Assembly (NCBI GenBank): GCA_022709735.1
Contig: JAKLIG010000001.1
Span: 20,135 to 84,134 of the forward strand
Length of the DNA stretch: 64,000 bases
Direction: 5' to 3'
Origin: Patescibacteria group bacterium
GTDB taxonomy: Bacteria > Patescibacteriota > Minisyncoccia > Moranbacterales > UBA2206
The notes beneath the pieces are model-generated. The model ran no database searches. It saw nothing but the letters and a program-made list of their open reading frames with translations, and was not told the origin of the DNA. The translations under genes and the position numbers were made by a program. Shown here in pieces: positions 42,781 through 52,351 of the stretch. Positions within the stretch are counted from its first letter, which is position 1, and each line of letters starts with the position of its first letter.

Positions 42781-43858
42781 GCTTTCAAAGTTAGATTGGG
42801 TTTTAACAATTTCCGTAAGCCTGCTTCTGATTATCAGCCTGCTTATTATTTATAGCGTTTCTTTCAAAGGCGCAGTTCTCAATGCTTCCAATTTAGAAAG
42901 ACAAATAATTTCCATTGCTATCGGTCTTGGGGCGATGTTTTTTTTGTCTTTTTTTGATTACAGGTTGCTGAATTATCACAGTACAAAATTATATTTTTTG
43001 ATGCTTTTTATTTTGACGATTGTTATTTTTTTAGGAAAAACAGTGAAGGGGCACACCGGCTGGCTGGAATTTTTTTCTTTCAATATTCAGCCGGTGGAAA
43101 TTGCCAAAATTATTATGGTTATTTTCTTGGCAAGTTTTCTTTCAAAGAAAAAAAATCAACTTAGCATCATTGTTCGAATAATCGCTTCTATCGTGCTGGT
43201 TTTTATTCCGATTTTTCTTATTTTGAAACAACCTGACCTAGGCTCGACGCTAATAATTTTAGCTAGCTGGATAGTTTTGCTCTTGGCTTCCGGACTTAAT
43301 AAAAAGAATTTAGCTTTGCTTGTGATAATTGGAATTTTGAGTGTTTCATCGAGCTGGTTTTTTCTTCGAGACTACCAAAAAGATCGGATAGTGAATTTTA
43401 TAAAGCCACAAAATGATCCAATGGGTAGCGGATATAATGTGATTCAAGCGATAGTGGCAGTGGGTTCAGGCGGAATGTTTGGCAAAGGTTTGGGACACGG
43501 TTCGCAATCGCAATTGAATTTTTTGCCGGAAAAGCATACAGACTTTATTTTTTCTGTAATCACGGAAGAGCTGGGACTTTTGGGATCAATCGCAGTGTTT
43601 GTGCTTTTTGGCATTATTTTTTGGCGGATAAAGGAAACGGCTCGGCTTGCGCGGGATAATTTTGGCTATCTTGTCGCGTTGGGAATTCTATCGATATTAT
43701 TTTTTCAATTTTTTGTCAATGTTGGAATGAATATCGGAGTGGTGCCAGTGGCCGGTGTGCCACTGCCATTTCTAAGCTACGGCGGAAGTTCAATGGTAAT
43801 TATGCTTTCGGCGATTGGACTAATTCAAAGCGTGTATTTGAGAAGGATTAGAGCTTAA
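42773..43858 (+). CDS. SEDS family peptidoglycan glycosyltransferase (FtsW/RodA)
   Basis: 361 aa, 9-10 TM, SEDS-like conserved blocks (QPDLGSTLII, GSGYNVIQA..AVGSGG..GKGLG.G.Q, PVAGVPLPFLSYGGSS). Confidence 0.85.
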   Translation: MNKLSKLDWVLTISVSLLLIISLLIIYSVSFKGAVLNASNLERQIISIAIGLGAMFFLSFFDYRLLNYHSTKLYFLMLFILTIVIFLGKTVKGHTGWLEFFSFNIQPVEIAKIIMVIFLASFLSKKKNQLSIIVRIIASIVLVFIPIFLILKQPDLGSTLIILASWIVLLLASGLNKKNLALLVIIGILSVSSSWFFLRDYQKDRIVNFIKPQNDPMGSGYNVIQAIVAVGSGGMFGKGLGHGSQSQLNFLPEKHTDFIFSVITEELGLLGSIAVFVLFGIIFWRIKETARLARDNFGYLVALGILSILFFQFFVNVGMNIGVVPVAGVPLPFLSYGGSSMVIMLSAIGLIQSVYLRRIRA

Positions 43859-43860
43859 TA

Positions 43861-43888
43861 TTGACTAATTTAGGATTTATGCTAGAAT
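43861..43888 (+). promoter_or_regulatory. Promoter-like TTGACT-16-TAGAAT upstream of rplY, followed by a structured leader with long-range GC stem
   Basis: ttgact aatttaggatttatgc tagaat. The leader has gcctgcctgattt ... aaatcaggcaaatctggcagg complementary segments around 43930-44050. Confidence 0.4.
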
Positions 43889-44059
43889 CTTATGGACAAA
43901 GCAACATATGCTTTTTAATTTTTTATTCGCTTGAGAGGCCTGCCTGATTTGCTTATTTTATAAAATAGTCTCAACTAAGAATTGAATTTGTTTAACTTAA
44001 AAAGTTGGGGATAAATAATAAATCAGGCAAATCTGGCAGGTAGGTAGAGCGGCAAAATA

Positions 44060-44740
44060 ATGGATAAAGTAAAATTATCGGCCAAAGTCAGAGATGTTTT
44101 TGGACGAAGAACTAAAAAAGGGAAAAAAGAAGGATTGGTTCCGGCGGTTGTTTATGGCAAAAAAATAACTCCAAAAAGCCTTTGGATCAATGCGCTTGAT
44201 TTTTCTAGACTCCTTAAGAAATCTGGAGAAAGCACAATGATTGAACTTGAAATAGACGAAAAAGACAAGAGGAATGTGATTATATATGAAATTCAAAGAG
44301 ATCCAGTGACAAGCAAATATATCCATGCTGATTTTTTCCAAGTAAGAATGGATGAAGAAATTGAAAAAGCTGTTGAGCTTTCTTATATTGGAGAAGCGCC
44401 AGCGGTCAAAGAAATGGGCGGTGTGTTGGTTAAGAGCTTAGATGAAATCACAGTAAAATGTTTGCCGGCTGATTTGCCTTCAGAAATTGAAGTTGATATA
44501 TCAGTTCTCAAAACTTTTGAAGATCATATAACCGTGAAAGATTTGAAAATTTCTCCAAAGGTCAAGGTTGATATTGATCCGGAAACAGTAGTGGCTTTGG
44601 TTGAAGAGCCAAGAAGCGAAGAAGAACTCAAGAGTTTGGAAGAAAAAGTTGAAGAAGATGTGACGAAAGTCGAAGGAGTAATCAAAGAGGAAAAGCCAGC
44701 TGAAGGAGAAGCAGAAGGAAAAGAAGCTGAAAAAAAATAG
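44060..44740 (+). CDS. rplY: 50S ribosomal protein L25 / general stress protein Ctc
   Basis: L25 N-terminal beta-barrel pattern (KLSAKVRDVFGRR...LVPAVVYGKK) with acidic C-terminal extension. Confidence 0.85.
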   Translation: MDKVKLSAKVRDVFGRRTKKGKKEGLVPAVVYGKKITPKSLWINALDFSRLLKKSGESTMIELEIDEKDKRNVIIYEIQRDPVTSKYIHADFFQVRMDEEIEKAVELSYIGEAPAVKEMGGVLVKSLDEITVKCLPADLPSEIEVDISVLKTFEDHITVKDLKISPKVKVDIDPETVVALVEEPRSEEELKSLEEKVEEDVTKVEGVIKEEKPAEGEAEGKEAEKK

Positions 44741-44761
44741 CAAAACATCAATGAAATTCTC

Positions 44762-44798
44762 AAAACTGTCTGCCTCATTGGCAGGCAGTTTTGTTTTT
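44762..44798 (+). terminator. Rho-independent terminator after rplY
   Basis: AAAACTGTCTGCC-tcattg-GGCAGGCAGTTTT followed by GTTTTTGG. Confidence 0.6.
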
Positions 44799-44831
44799 GG
44801 CAGAATTTGCTATAATATAATCATAAAGCAG

Positions 44832-46088
44832 ATGAAAAATATTATTAAGAAAATAATAATACTTATTTTTATAGTTGCCTTTGTTGCAGTTGATTTTAAG
44901 GGTGCTTTTTATGTAACTTTTGCTGCTGATGATGCTTCGGATATCAAGAAAGATATGGATAAAATTCAAAATCAAATAGATGCAAAACAAAAAGAATTGG
45001 AAGCAAAAGAATTGGAAAACAAGCAAGTTGGGGCGACAATTAGCACGACTTCCGGCTTGATTAAAAAAACCCAGGAAGAAATTAATAGAAAGGAAACGGA
45101 AATAGAAAACTTGAATAGAGCTATCGAGTTGGATAAAAAAATATTAAAAAATTATATCCAAGAAATGTCTTTTGGCGATCAAATGGATGAGCTTTTAAAT
45201 TTCATTGCAATTGGTAATTTATTAAATGAATTTTCAGGAAATTTTGATCGAATGGTAAGCATAAAAGAAAAAACACTGGGTCTTATCGCAGATATTAATG
45301 AAAAAAAAGAAGATCTCGGCGAAGTCAAAGAACAGCTTGATGAAAAAAAAGAAGATCATGAAAAACTTTTGGCCGTAAAGCAAATGGAGCAAGAAGAAAT
45401 AAAAGAAGACATACAAGATGCTAAGACAACCTTGTCTCAACTTAATGGTAAGTTGGATAAGTTGCGCTCAAGATACAGCGAGATTTTGGGGATTTCTGTG
45501 GATACGAAGGATGTATTAGAAGCAGCTAAATTTGCTGCTAAGGCAACTGGAATAGATAGGTCATTTCTTTTAGGAGTATTGATTCAGGAATCCAATAAGG
45601 GTCAAAGCACCGGATCTTGTGATTATAAACAAAGCCGGATGACTGACAAACAACTTGTTGCTTTCAAGGATATTTGTAGCGATCTTAAGTATGATTATAA
45701 AAAGAAAAAAGTTTCTTGTCCGCCCAAAAGCTATAAAGGAACAGGTGGAGCAATGGGCGTGCCACAATTTATGCCGACAACTTGGCAGGGTTGGAAAAGT
45801 CGAATAGCTTCCGCTACGGGTCATAGTACTCCCAATCCCTGGAGTCTAGTAGATGGAGTGACTGCAATGGCACTCAAACTTTCGACTGATGGCGCTTCCA
45901 AAAAAACTAGATTTGCCGAAGCGAAATCATACTGCGTTTATTTGGCCGGAGGAAATTGGGGAGGTTATTGTTTCGGATCGGACAAATACAAAAAAAGCTA
46001 TGAAGATGTAAATTGCTGGGGATCTTCCATCAAAAATTATGGAGAAAAAGTTTTGTGCCTCAAGGATAATTATGAGAAATATTATTAG
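44832..46088 (+). CDS. Lytic transglycosylase-like protein (MltB-type) with N-terminal signal/TM and long coiled coil
   Basis: Start moved to ATG 44832 (MKNIIKKIIILIF) past the terminator. C-terminal block GTGGAMGVPQFMPTTW matches the MltB signature (GAMGQxQFMPSS-type). Several Cys. Confidence 0.65.
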   Translation: MKNIIKKIIILIFIVAFVAVDFKGAFYVTFAADDASDIKKDMDKIQNQIDAKQKELEAKELENKQVGATISTTSGLIKKTQEEINRKETEIENLNRAIELDKKILKNYIQEMSFGDQMDELLNFIAIGNLLNEFSGNFDRMVSIKEKTLGLIADINEKKEDLGEVKEQLDEKKEDHEKLLAVKQMEQEEIKEDIQDAKTTLSQLNGKLDKLRSRYSEILGISVDTKDVLEAAKFAAKATGIDRSFLLGVLIQESNKGQSTGSCDYKQSRMTDKQLVAFKDICSDLKYDYKKKKVSCPPKSYKGTGGAMGVPQFMPTTWQGWKSRIASATGHSTPNPWSLVDGVTAMALKLSTDGASKKTRFAEAKSYCVYLAGGNWGGYCFGSDKYKKSYEDVNCWGSSIKNYGEKVLCLKDNYEKYY

Positions 46089-46120
46089 CATCTAAGTTTT
46101 TGGTGGTTGATAAGCTTGTG

Positions 46121-46219
46121 TCCCTACAAAATTACAAATAAATACAAAAATACAAAAGTACGGGAAAATAAAATTATCGCGATTTTGTAGTTTTGTAAAA
46201 TTTTGTATTTTTGTAGGGA
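46121..46219. repeat. Approx. 40-bp-arm imperfect inverted repeat built from TACAAAA units in the murA upstream region
   Basis: tccctacaaaattacaaataaatacaaaaatacaaaagtac ... gattttgtagttttgtaaaattttgtatttttgtaggga. Confidence 0.6.
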
Positions 46220-46287
46220 TATTTGATTTTATCGCCAATTTCATATATAGTGAAATAAACTTAACTAAGTAAAATAAGGCTTAAAAT

Positions 46288-47550
46288 ATGGACTATTTTG
46301 AAATAATCGGAGGGAAAAAACTTTCTGGAGTAATTGATGTCAAGGGTTCAAAAAATGCTACCACGCCGATTTTAGCGGCTACAATTCTCACTAAAAAAGA
46401 ATGCATCTTGGACAATCTTCCGCTCATTGAAGATGTTTTTCGAATGATTGAAATTTTGGAAAGCATGGGCGCCAAAATTAAGTGGATTTCCAAAAGAAAA
46501 ATTTCGATCAGAAATGAAAAAATAAATCCAGAGAAAATGGATTTGGAAAAAATAAAAGAACTAAGATCATCCATTTTGCTTTTGGGTTCTTTGTCCGCGA
46601 GATTTGATAACTTCAAACTTTATCATCCGGGAGGATGCGTGATTGGAAAGCGGCCGCTCGGCACTCATTTTGAAGCGATGAGGAATTTGGGAATCGATAT
46701 AAAACATAATAATAAATTTTATAATATCAACGCGAAAAAGAGAAAGGCCGGCAAAGTTGTGCTTCGGGAACTTTCAGTGACCGCCACAGAGAATGCGATG
46801 ATGCTGGCGACCGGAATGCAAGGAAAAACAACAATAAAAATTGCCGCCTGCGAACCTCACGTTTCCGATCTTGGAAATTTTCTAGTTTCTCTTGGTGCTA
46901 AAATAAAGGGAATTGGAACGCATACATTGGAAATAACCGGTTCAAAAAATTTACATGGCGCGCGTCATAAAATTATTCCTGATGCCAACGAAGCGGCGAC
47001 ATTTCTTATCATGGCCGTGGCAACTGGAAGTCCAATTATAATAAATAATGTTTGCGAAGATCATTTGGATTTAGTTTTGGAAAAACTTCGAGAATTCGGA
47101 GCAGATTTTAAAATTTCAAAAAATTCCATCGAAGTTATTCCGGCGAAAAAATTAGTTGCAGTTTCCAAGATTGACACGCGAACTTATCCTGGAGTGCCGT
47201 CAGATGTGCAGGCGCCATTTGGAGTTTTGGCCACGCAAGCGCAAGGCGAAACATTAATTTTTGATACTATTTTTGAAGGCCGGTTTAATTATATCGGCGA
47301 GCTTCAAAAAATGGGAGCCAAGGCGGAAATATTAGATCCGCATAGAGTGCTTATTAAAGGGCCGGCAAAATTAAAAGGCAAAACCATAACAAGTTTTGAC
47401 CTTCGCGCCGGCGCCACGCTGATTATCGCCGCGCTTTTAGCTTCTGGAAAAACTAGTATAGATAATATTTATCAAGTTGACAGGGGATATGAAAAAATCG
47501 AAGAAAGACTTGAGAAGTTAGGAGCGGATATAAAAAGAATTAAGAAGTAG
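46288..47550 (+). CDS. murA: UDP-N-acetylglucosamine 1-carboxyvinyltransferase MurA
   Basis: 420 aa, EPT family. Active-site Cys context LYHPGGCVIGKRPL and KLSGVIDVKGSKNA N-terminus. Confidence 0.95.
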   Translation: MDYFEIIGGKKLSGVIDVKGSKNATTPILAATILTKKECILDNLPLIEDVFRMIEILESMGAKIKWISKRKISIRNEKINPEKMDLEKIKELRSSILLLGSLSARFDNFKLYHPGGCVIGKRPLGTHFEAMRNLGIDIKHNNKFYNINAKKRKAGKVVLRELSVTATENAMMLATGMQGKTTIKIAACEPHVSDLGNFLVSLGAKIKGIGTHTLEITGSKNLHGARHKIIPDANEAATFLIMAVATGSPIIINNVCEDHLDLVLEKLREFGADFKISKNSIEVIPAKKLVAVSKIDTRTYPGVPSDVQAPFGVLATQAQGETLIFDTIFEGRFNYIGELQKMGAKAEILDPHRVLIKGPAKLKGKTITSFDLRAGATLIIAALLASGKTSIDNIYQVDRGYEKIEERLEKLGADIKRIKK

Positions 47551-47744
47551 GAATTAAGAATTAAGAAGTAAGAAGTAAGAAAAATGAAAACTATAAAAAT
47601 TTTTGAAACAAATAAGCCGGATTTTTCCATTGCCTGGTATGATATTTGGATTGGTGTTTTTATAGATCAAGAAAAAAGAAGATTATATATTTGCCCATTG
47701 CCATGTTTGCTTTTTACAATTAGTTTAGATAAAAAATAATTTAT

Positions 47745-48158
47745 ATGAGAATAGGAATAATTGGTTCAATGCAATTTACCGATAAGATGGTGGAGATAAA
47801 AAATAAACTTGATAATTTGGGTCATGAAGCTTTTCTGACTGATTTGCATAAAACAATGATTGGCAAAAATGACGAAGAAATTGAAAAAATAAAACTTCAT
47901 CAAAAATATAATATGGATGCTATCCGTGAATTCTGGAGAGAGATGCAAGGCGCAGATGCGGTTTTAGTTCTCAACCTTGATAAAAACGGGATTAAAAATT
48001 ATATTGGCGGAAATACCTTGATGGAGATAGGTTTTGCTCATGTGCTTAATCAAAAAATATTTATGTATAATCCAATTCCTGAAATGCAGTATTGCAAAAC
48101 CGAAATAGAAGCTGTAAAGCCAATTATTATAAATGGTAATTTAGAATTAATAAGATAA
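47745..48158 (+). CDS. Nucleoside 2-deoxyribosyltransferase-like (flavodoxin-like fold) protein, putative
   Basis: MRIGIIGSMQF ... ADAVLVLNLDKNG...YIGGNTLMEIGFAHVLNQKIFMY resembles the NDT/'YtoQ-like' pattern (N-terminal IYLAG-type strand, G.T..E.G.A). Weak, motif-level only. Confidence 0.4.
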   Translation: MRIGIIGSMQFTDKMVEIKNKLDNLGHEAFLTDLHKTMIGKNDEEIEKIKLHQKYNMDAIREFWREMQGADAVLVLNLDKNGIKNYIGGNTLMEIGFAHVLNQKIFMYNPIPEMQYCKTEIEAVKPIIINGNLELIR

Positions 48159-48159
48159 A

Positions 48160-48486
48160 ATGCGAAAATATTACGAAGCGATTGAAAAATTCCATAAGAA
48201 ATACAAGATGAAAGGCACGAATAATGAAGATATGACTTTCCGGTTGAATTTGCTAATTGAAGAATTGGGAGAGCTGGCTGAAGCGGTGACAAAGGGTTAC
48301 GGCAAAAAAGAATTTTTAGAAGAAAATGTTGATTTGCTCAATTTGATAATAGGCAATCTGATTAGCACTGGAATAAGCGCGGAAGAATTTGAAAAGGCTT
48401 TTTGGGAAAAACACAAAAAAATAATGAACCGAAAAAAGAAAAAAACAAAAAGCGGAAAATATCGGGTATCAGAATTTAAGAAATAA
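48160..48486 (+). CDS. MazG-like nucleotide pyrophosphohydrolase (all-alpha NTP-PPase)
   Basis: RLNLLIEELGELAEAV is the EExxE/D MazG metal-binding helix. 108 aa. Confidence 0.7.
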   Translation: MRKYYEAIEKFHKKYKMKGTNNEDMTFRLNLLIEELGELAEAVTKGYGKKEFLEENVDLLNLIIGNLISTGISAEEFEKAFWEKHKKIMNRKKKKTKSGKYRVSEFKK

Positions 48487-48490
48487 TTTT

Positions 48491-49504
48491 ATGTCAATAT
48501 TTGTTCGAAAAATTGGAATAGATTTAGGCACAGCCAACACTTTGGTTTTTGTGCCGGGGAAAGGAATTGTCGCCAATGAACCGTCAGTGGTGGCGGTTTC
48601 GATTTTGGAAAACAAGGTTTTGGCAGTTGGAAATGAAGCCAAGGAAATGCTTGGAAGAACTCCGGACACAATTCAAGCATCTAGGCCGATGAAAGACGGA
48701 GTGATTGCGGATTATAAAATTACGGAAGCAATGCTCAAATATTTTATCAATAAAGTAAGTGGTCGTTTTCGTTTGGTTCGGCCGGAAATAATGATTTCTA
48801 TTCCAGTCGGAGTAACTTCCACTGAAAGGCGGGCGGTGATTGACGCGGCAATTCGGGCGGGCGCCAAAGCGGCTTATGTTGTGAAAGAGCCGATGCTCGC
48901 AGCCATTGGCGCGGGCATTCCAATTTCCAGCGCTTCTGGAAATATGATAATCAATATTGGCGGAGGAACTTCTGAAGTAGCTGTGATCTCTCTGGGCGGA
49001 GTAGTAAGCGCAACCAGCGCGCGAGTGGGGGGAAATAAATTTGATCAGGCTATTTCGGATTATATAAAAAGAAAATATAGTTTGGCAATCGGCGACCGAA
49101 CGGCGGAAGAAGTGAAAATTAAAATCGGATCAGCTATCCCGCAAATGAAAGAAGAATATGCGGATGTCAGGGGGCGTGATTTGACAGGCGGACTTCCAAA
49201 ATCTATAAAAATTTCTTCCAATGAAATAACAGAAGCTATTCAAGATGAACTTCGCGAAGTAATAAACGCGATAAAAAAAGTTCTTCAAGAAACTCCGCCA
49301 GAACTTTCAGCGGATATTATGGACAAGGGTATGGTGCTTTCTGGCGGGGGAGCGCTTATCAAAAATCTTGATCAATTAATCACCAAAACTATTGGCGTGC
49401 CAAGCTACACCGCTGATGATCCGCTATTTTGTGTGATCAAAGGCATCGGAATTGCTTTGGAAAATTTGGAGTTGTATAAAAGAACAATAATGCTTTCGAA
49501 ATAA
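48491..49504 (+). CDS. mreB: Rod shape-determining protein MreB
   Basis: IGIDLGTANTLVF phosphate-1 and MIINIGGGTSEVAVISLGG phosphate-2 motifs. 337 aa. Confidence 0.95.
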   Translation: MSIFVRKIGIDLGTANTLVFVPGKGIVANEPSVVAVSILENKVLAVGNEAKEMLGRTPDTIQASRPMKDGVIADYKITEAMLKYFINKVSGRFRLVRPEIMISIPVGVTSTERRAVIDAAIRAGAKAAYVVKEPMLAAIGAGIPISSASGNMIINIGGGTSEVAVISLGGVVSATSARVGGNKFDQAISDYIKRKYSLAIGDRTAEEVKIKIGSAIPQMKEEYADVRGRDLTGGLPKSIKISSNEITEAIQDELREVINAIKKVLQETPPELSADIMDKGMVLSGGGALIKNLDQLITKTIGVPSYTADDPLFCVIKGIGIALENLELYKRTIMLSK

Positions 49505-50632
49505 ATGAAAATTGGCATTGATGGCTCGCGAGCCTTCCTAAAACAAAGAACGGGCATTGAAGAATATTCCTATCAGGTAATAAAGCACTTGAGAGAAAAA
49601 TTAAAAACATCTCAAGTTGTTTTGTATTTGCGAAAAAATCAGGAAGTTGATTTTGAATTGCCGGAAAACCTGCCTGCCGGCAGGCAGGGTTGGAAAATCA
49701 AAATAATAAAATGGCCGAGATTTTGGACGCAAATCGGACTATCTTTTGAATTATTTTTTCATCCAGTTGATGTGCTATTCATCCCGGCCCATATATTGCC
49801 ACTATATCATCCGAAGAAATCAATAGTTACTATTCATGGCTTGGAATTTGAGGTTACAAAAGAAGCCTATTCTTTTTGGGAGAAAATATATATGCATCTT
49901 TCGATAAAAAAATCCTGTTTTTGGGCGAGCAAAGTTATCGCGGTTTCAAAAAATACAAAAGAAGACCTGATTGAATTTTATAAAGTACCAGAAAAAAAGA
50001 TCGAGGTGATATATGAAGGAGTATCAACTTGTCATGCCGAACTCGTTTCGGCATCTCATAAGATCCTGAAACAAGTTCAGGATGACAATGCCAAATACCT
50101 ATTATTTATTGGTCGATTAGAAAAACGAAAAAATGTTGAAGGCATAATTGAAGCATATAAAATTTTAAAAGAAAAATATAATATACCTCACAGTTTAGTA
50201 TTGGTTGGTTCGCCTGGATATGGATATGAAAGTATAAAATTGAAAATTGAGAATTGTTTGAAAATTGAAAATTGTAAATTGAAAATTATAGAGCTTGGTT
50301 ATATTGAAGAAGCAGTCAAGTGGCAATTATTGCATGATGCTGATGTATTCTTATTCCCATCATTCTATGAAGGTTTTGGTTTGCCGATTTTGGAAGCGCA
50401 AGTGCAAGGTGTTCCGGTTGTCACTTCCAATGTTTCTTCGCTTCCGGAAATCGGCGGAGACAGCGTGGCCTACTGCACACCCGGAGAACCAATAAGTATC
50501 GCTGATTCGACCTATAAGATTTTAAGCGACGAAAATTTTAGAAATGGTATAATAAAAAAGGGTTATGAAAATGTAAAAAAATTCAGTTGGGATAAGTGTG
50601 CGGAAGAAATCGCTAAATTATTAATAAATTGA
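49505..50632 (+). CDS. Glycosyltransferase family 4 (GT1-fold, RfaG-like) with two in-frame repeat-derived insertions
   Basis: C-terminal GT4 block FLFPSFYEGFGLPILEAQVQGVPVVTS. Contains the 20-bp palindrome (49669-49688, encodes LPAGRQG) and a TTGAAAATTG repeat stretch (50238-50288, encodes KLKIENCLKIENCKLKI). Confidence 0.85.
   Translation: MKIGIDGSRAFLKQRTGIEEYSYQVIKHLREKLKTSQVVLYLRKNQEVDFELPENLPAGRQGWKIKIIKWPRFWTQIGLSFELFFHPVDVLFIPAHILPLYHPKKSIVTIHGLEFEVTKEAYSFWEKIYMHLSIKKSCFWASKVIAVSKNTKEDLIEFYKVPEKKIEVIYEGVSTCHAELVSASHKILKQVQDDNAKYLLFIGRLEKRKNVEGIIEAYKILKEKYNIPHSLVLVGSPGYGYESIKLKIENCLKIENCKLKIIELGYIEEAVKWQLLHDADVFLFPSFYEGFGLPILEAQVQGVPVVTSNVSSLPEIGGDSVAYCTPGEPISIADSTYKILSDENFRNGIIKKGYENVKKFSWDKCAEEIAKLLIN
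49669..49688. repeat. Perfect 20-bp palindrome cctgcctgccggcaggcagg (copy 3), in-frame within the GT4 CDS
   Basis: Identical to 21325-21344. Confidence 0.85.
50238..50288. repeat. ATTGAAA mini-repeat stretch in-frame within the GT4 CDS
   Basis: ttgaaaattgagaattgtttgaaaattgaaaattgtaaattgaaaatt. Confidence 0.65.
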
Positions 50633-50657
50633 GGGATAAAGATAATGAAGTAATTTT

Positions 50658-51221
50658 ATGGACAACCGATTCAGTCTGTTAGAAAAAGAAATAATAAAAA
50701 TACTGCCGAAATCTCCTCTTATCTTTGAATTAAAACACGCTCAATTAACACTAAAGTGGCTTTTGAGGTTGAATCCAGATGCTGATGAGGCATTAAGGAT
50801 ATCAGCTTTAGCACATGATATCGAGAGGGCGATTACTGGTATAACAGAAAAAGATTTGAAAGAATATTCTGGAATTAATCAATTTAAAAAAGAACATGCG
50901 AAGAGATCCGCAAAAATTGTTATTAACATGATGAAAAAATATCATTATGGTAAGCATAATTTAGAGAAAGTAAAAAGGTTAATTGAATCTCATGAAGTAG
51001 GGGGAAACAAGGAACAAAATATTTTAATGGAAGCTGATAGTTTGGCGTACTTTGATTATAATGTACCTCATTATTTCAGAAGATATGGCGATAAAAGAAC
51101 AAAAGAGAAAATACAATTTATGTACAAGAGATTGTCTAATAAAGCTCAATGTTTGGTAAGGAAAATAAAATTTAACAAGAAAGTGAAGGCTTTATTTGAA
51201 TGTGCAATTTCTGAATTATAA
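50658..51221 (+). CDS. HD domain protein (putative metal-dependent phosphohydrolase)
   Basis: H...HD motif (HAQLTLKWLL...ALAHDIERA). Confidence 0.65.
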   Translation: MDNRFSLLEKEIIKILPKSPLIFELKHAQLTLKWLLRLNPDADEALRISALAHDIERAITGITEKDLKEYSGINQFKKEHAKRSAKIVINMMKKYHYGKHNLEKVKRLIESHEVGGNKEQNILMEADSLAYFDYNVPHYFRRYGDKRTKEKIQFMYKRLSNKAQCLVRKIKFNKKVKALFECAISEL

Positions 51222-51226
51222 ATAAT

Positions 51227-52351
51227 ATGTTGAAAGATGATATAAAAATAGCTCTTGTGCATGATTTTTTGAACCAATATGGCGGGGCGGAAAAGGTGTT
51301 GGAAGTGCTTGCAGAAATGTTTCCGGAAGCACCTATTTATACGCTTCTTTATGATAGAGAAAAAATGAGGGAGAAGTTTAAAGGGAAAGAAATCAGAACT
51401 TCATTTTTGCAAAGACTGCCAAGATTTTTGAGAAAAAGGTATAAATATTTTTTGCCGTTTTTGCCGACTGCACCGGAATCTTTTGATCTTCGCGATTTTG
51501 ATTTGGTTATTTCTTCTTCCGGCGCTTGGTCAAAAGGAATTGTGACAAGACTTGATACTATCCATATCGCTTATATTCACAGCCCAATGCGATTTGTTTG
51601 GGATTATAATGAAAAATATTTGCGCGATGAGAGGAAAGAAAAATTTGGATTTCTAATTCGGCCAGTGCTTAGTTATTTTCGCCTTTGGGATAAATTGGCT
51701 TCTGATCGGCCGGATTATCTAATTGCGAATTCGAAATATACACAAAGCCGGATTAAAAAATATTATAGAAGAGAGAGCGAAGTTATTTATCCGCCGGTAA
51801 ATCAGGAATCAGGAATCATGAATCATGAATCAGGAAATGATAAAAAATACTTTTTAATTGTCTCAAGACTTTCTGCTTATAAAAAAATAGACAAGGCGAT
51901 TGAAGCGTTCAATAAATTAGAATTGCCGTTGGTAATTGTCGGCACTGGTAAAGAAGAAAAAAGACTCAAAAAAATCGCTGGGAAAACAATTGAATTTTTA
52001 GGCTATCAAAAAGAAGAAGATTTGCCGGAAATTTATAAAAACGCTCGGGCTTTTATTTTCCCCGGCGTAGATGATTTTGGAATTGCGCCAGTTGAAGCGA
52101 TGATGCATGGAATTCCAGTCATTGCGATAAAAGATGGGGGAGCGGTGGAAATTGTTGAAGAAAATAGAACCGGAGAATTTTTTGAGAGCGCAATGCCCGA
52201 AGTTATTGCAGATGCGGTTCGAAGATTTTGCGAGAATGAAAAAAAATATGAAAGGGAATATATAATTAAAAGTGTTGAGCGGTTTGGAAAGGAAAGATTT
52301 ATTAGAGAGTTCGAAGATTATATTAAAAAGGTTATGTATAATTTTCAATAA
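51227..52351 (+). CDS. Glycosyltransferase family 4
   Basis: GT4 C-terminal block FIFPGVDDFGIAPVEAMMHGIPVIA. In-frame tandem gaatca[gt] repeats at 51800-51840 (NQESGIMNHESGN). Confidence 0.85.
   Translation: MLKDDIKIALVHDFLNQYGGAEKVLEVLAEMFPEAPIYTLLYDREKMREKFKGKEIRTSFLQRLPRFLRKRYKYFLPFLPTAPESFDLRDFDLVISSSGAWSKGIVTRLDTIHIAYIHSPMRFVWDYNEKYLRDERKEKFGFLIRPVLSYFRLWDKLASDRPDYLIANSKYTQSRIKKYYRRESEVIYPPVNQESGIMNHESGNDKKYFLIVSRLSAYKKIDKAIEAFNKLELPLVIVGTGKEEKRLKKIAGKTIEFLGYQKEEDLPEIYKNARAFIFPGVDDFGIAPVEAMMHGIPVIAIKDGGAVEIVEENRTGEFFESAMPEVIADAVRRFCENEKKYEREYIIKSVERFGKERFIREFEDYIKKVMYNFQ

Noticed and set aside
44762-44798. ctgcc...ggcag hairpin considered as another copy of the 20-bp palindrome
   Set aside because: Different sequence with a 6-nt loop, followed by a T-run directly after the rplY stop. 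More simply a rho-independent terminator.
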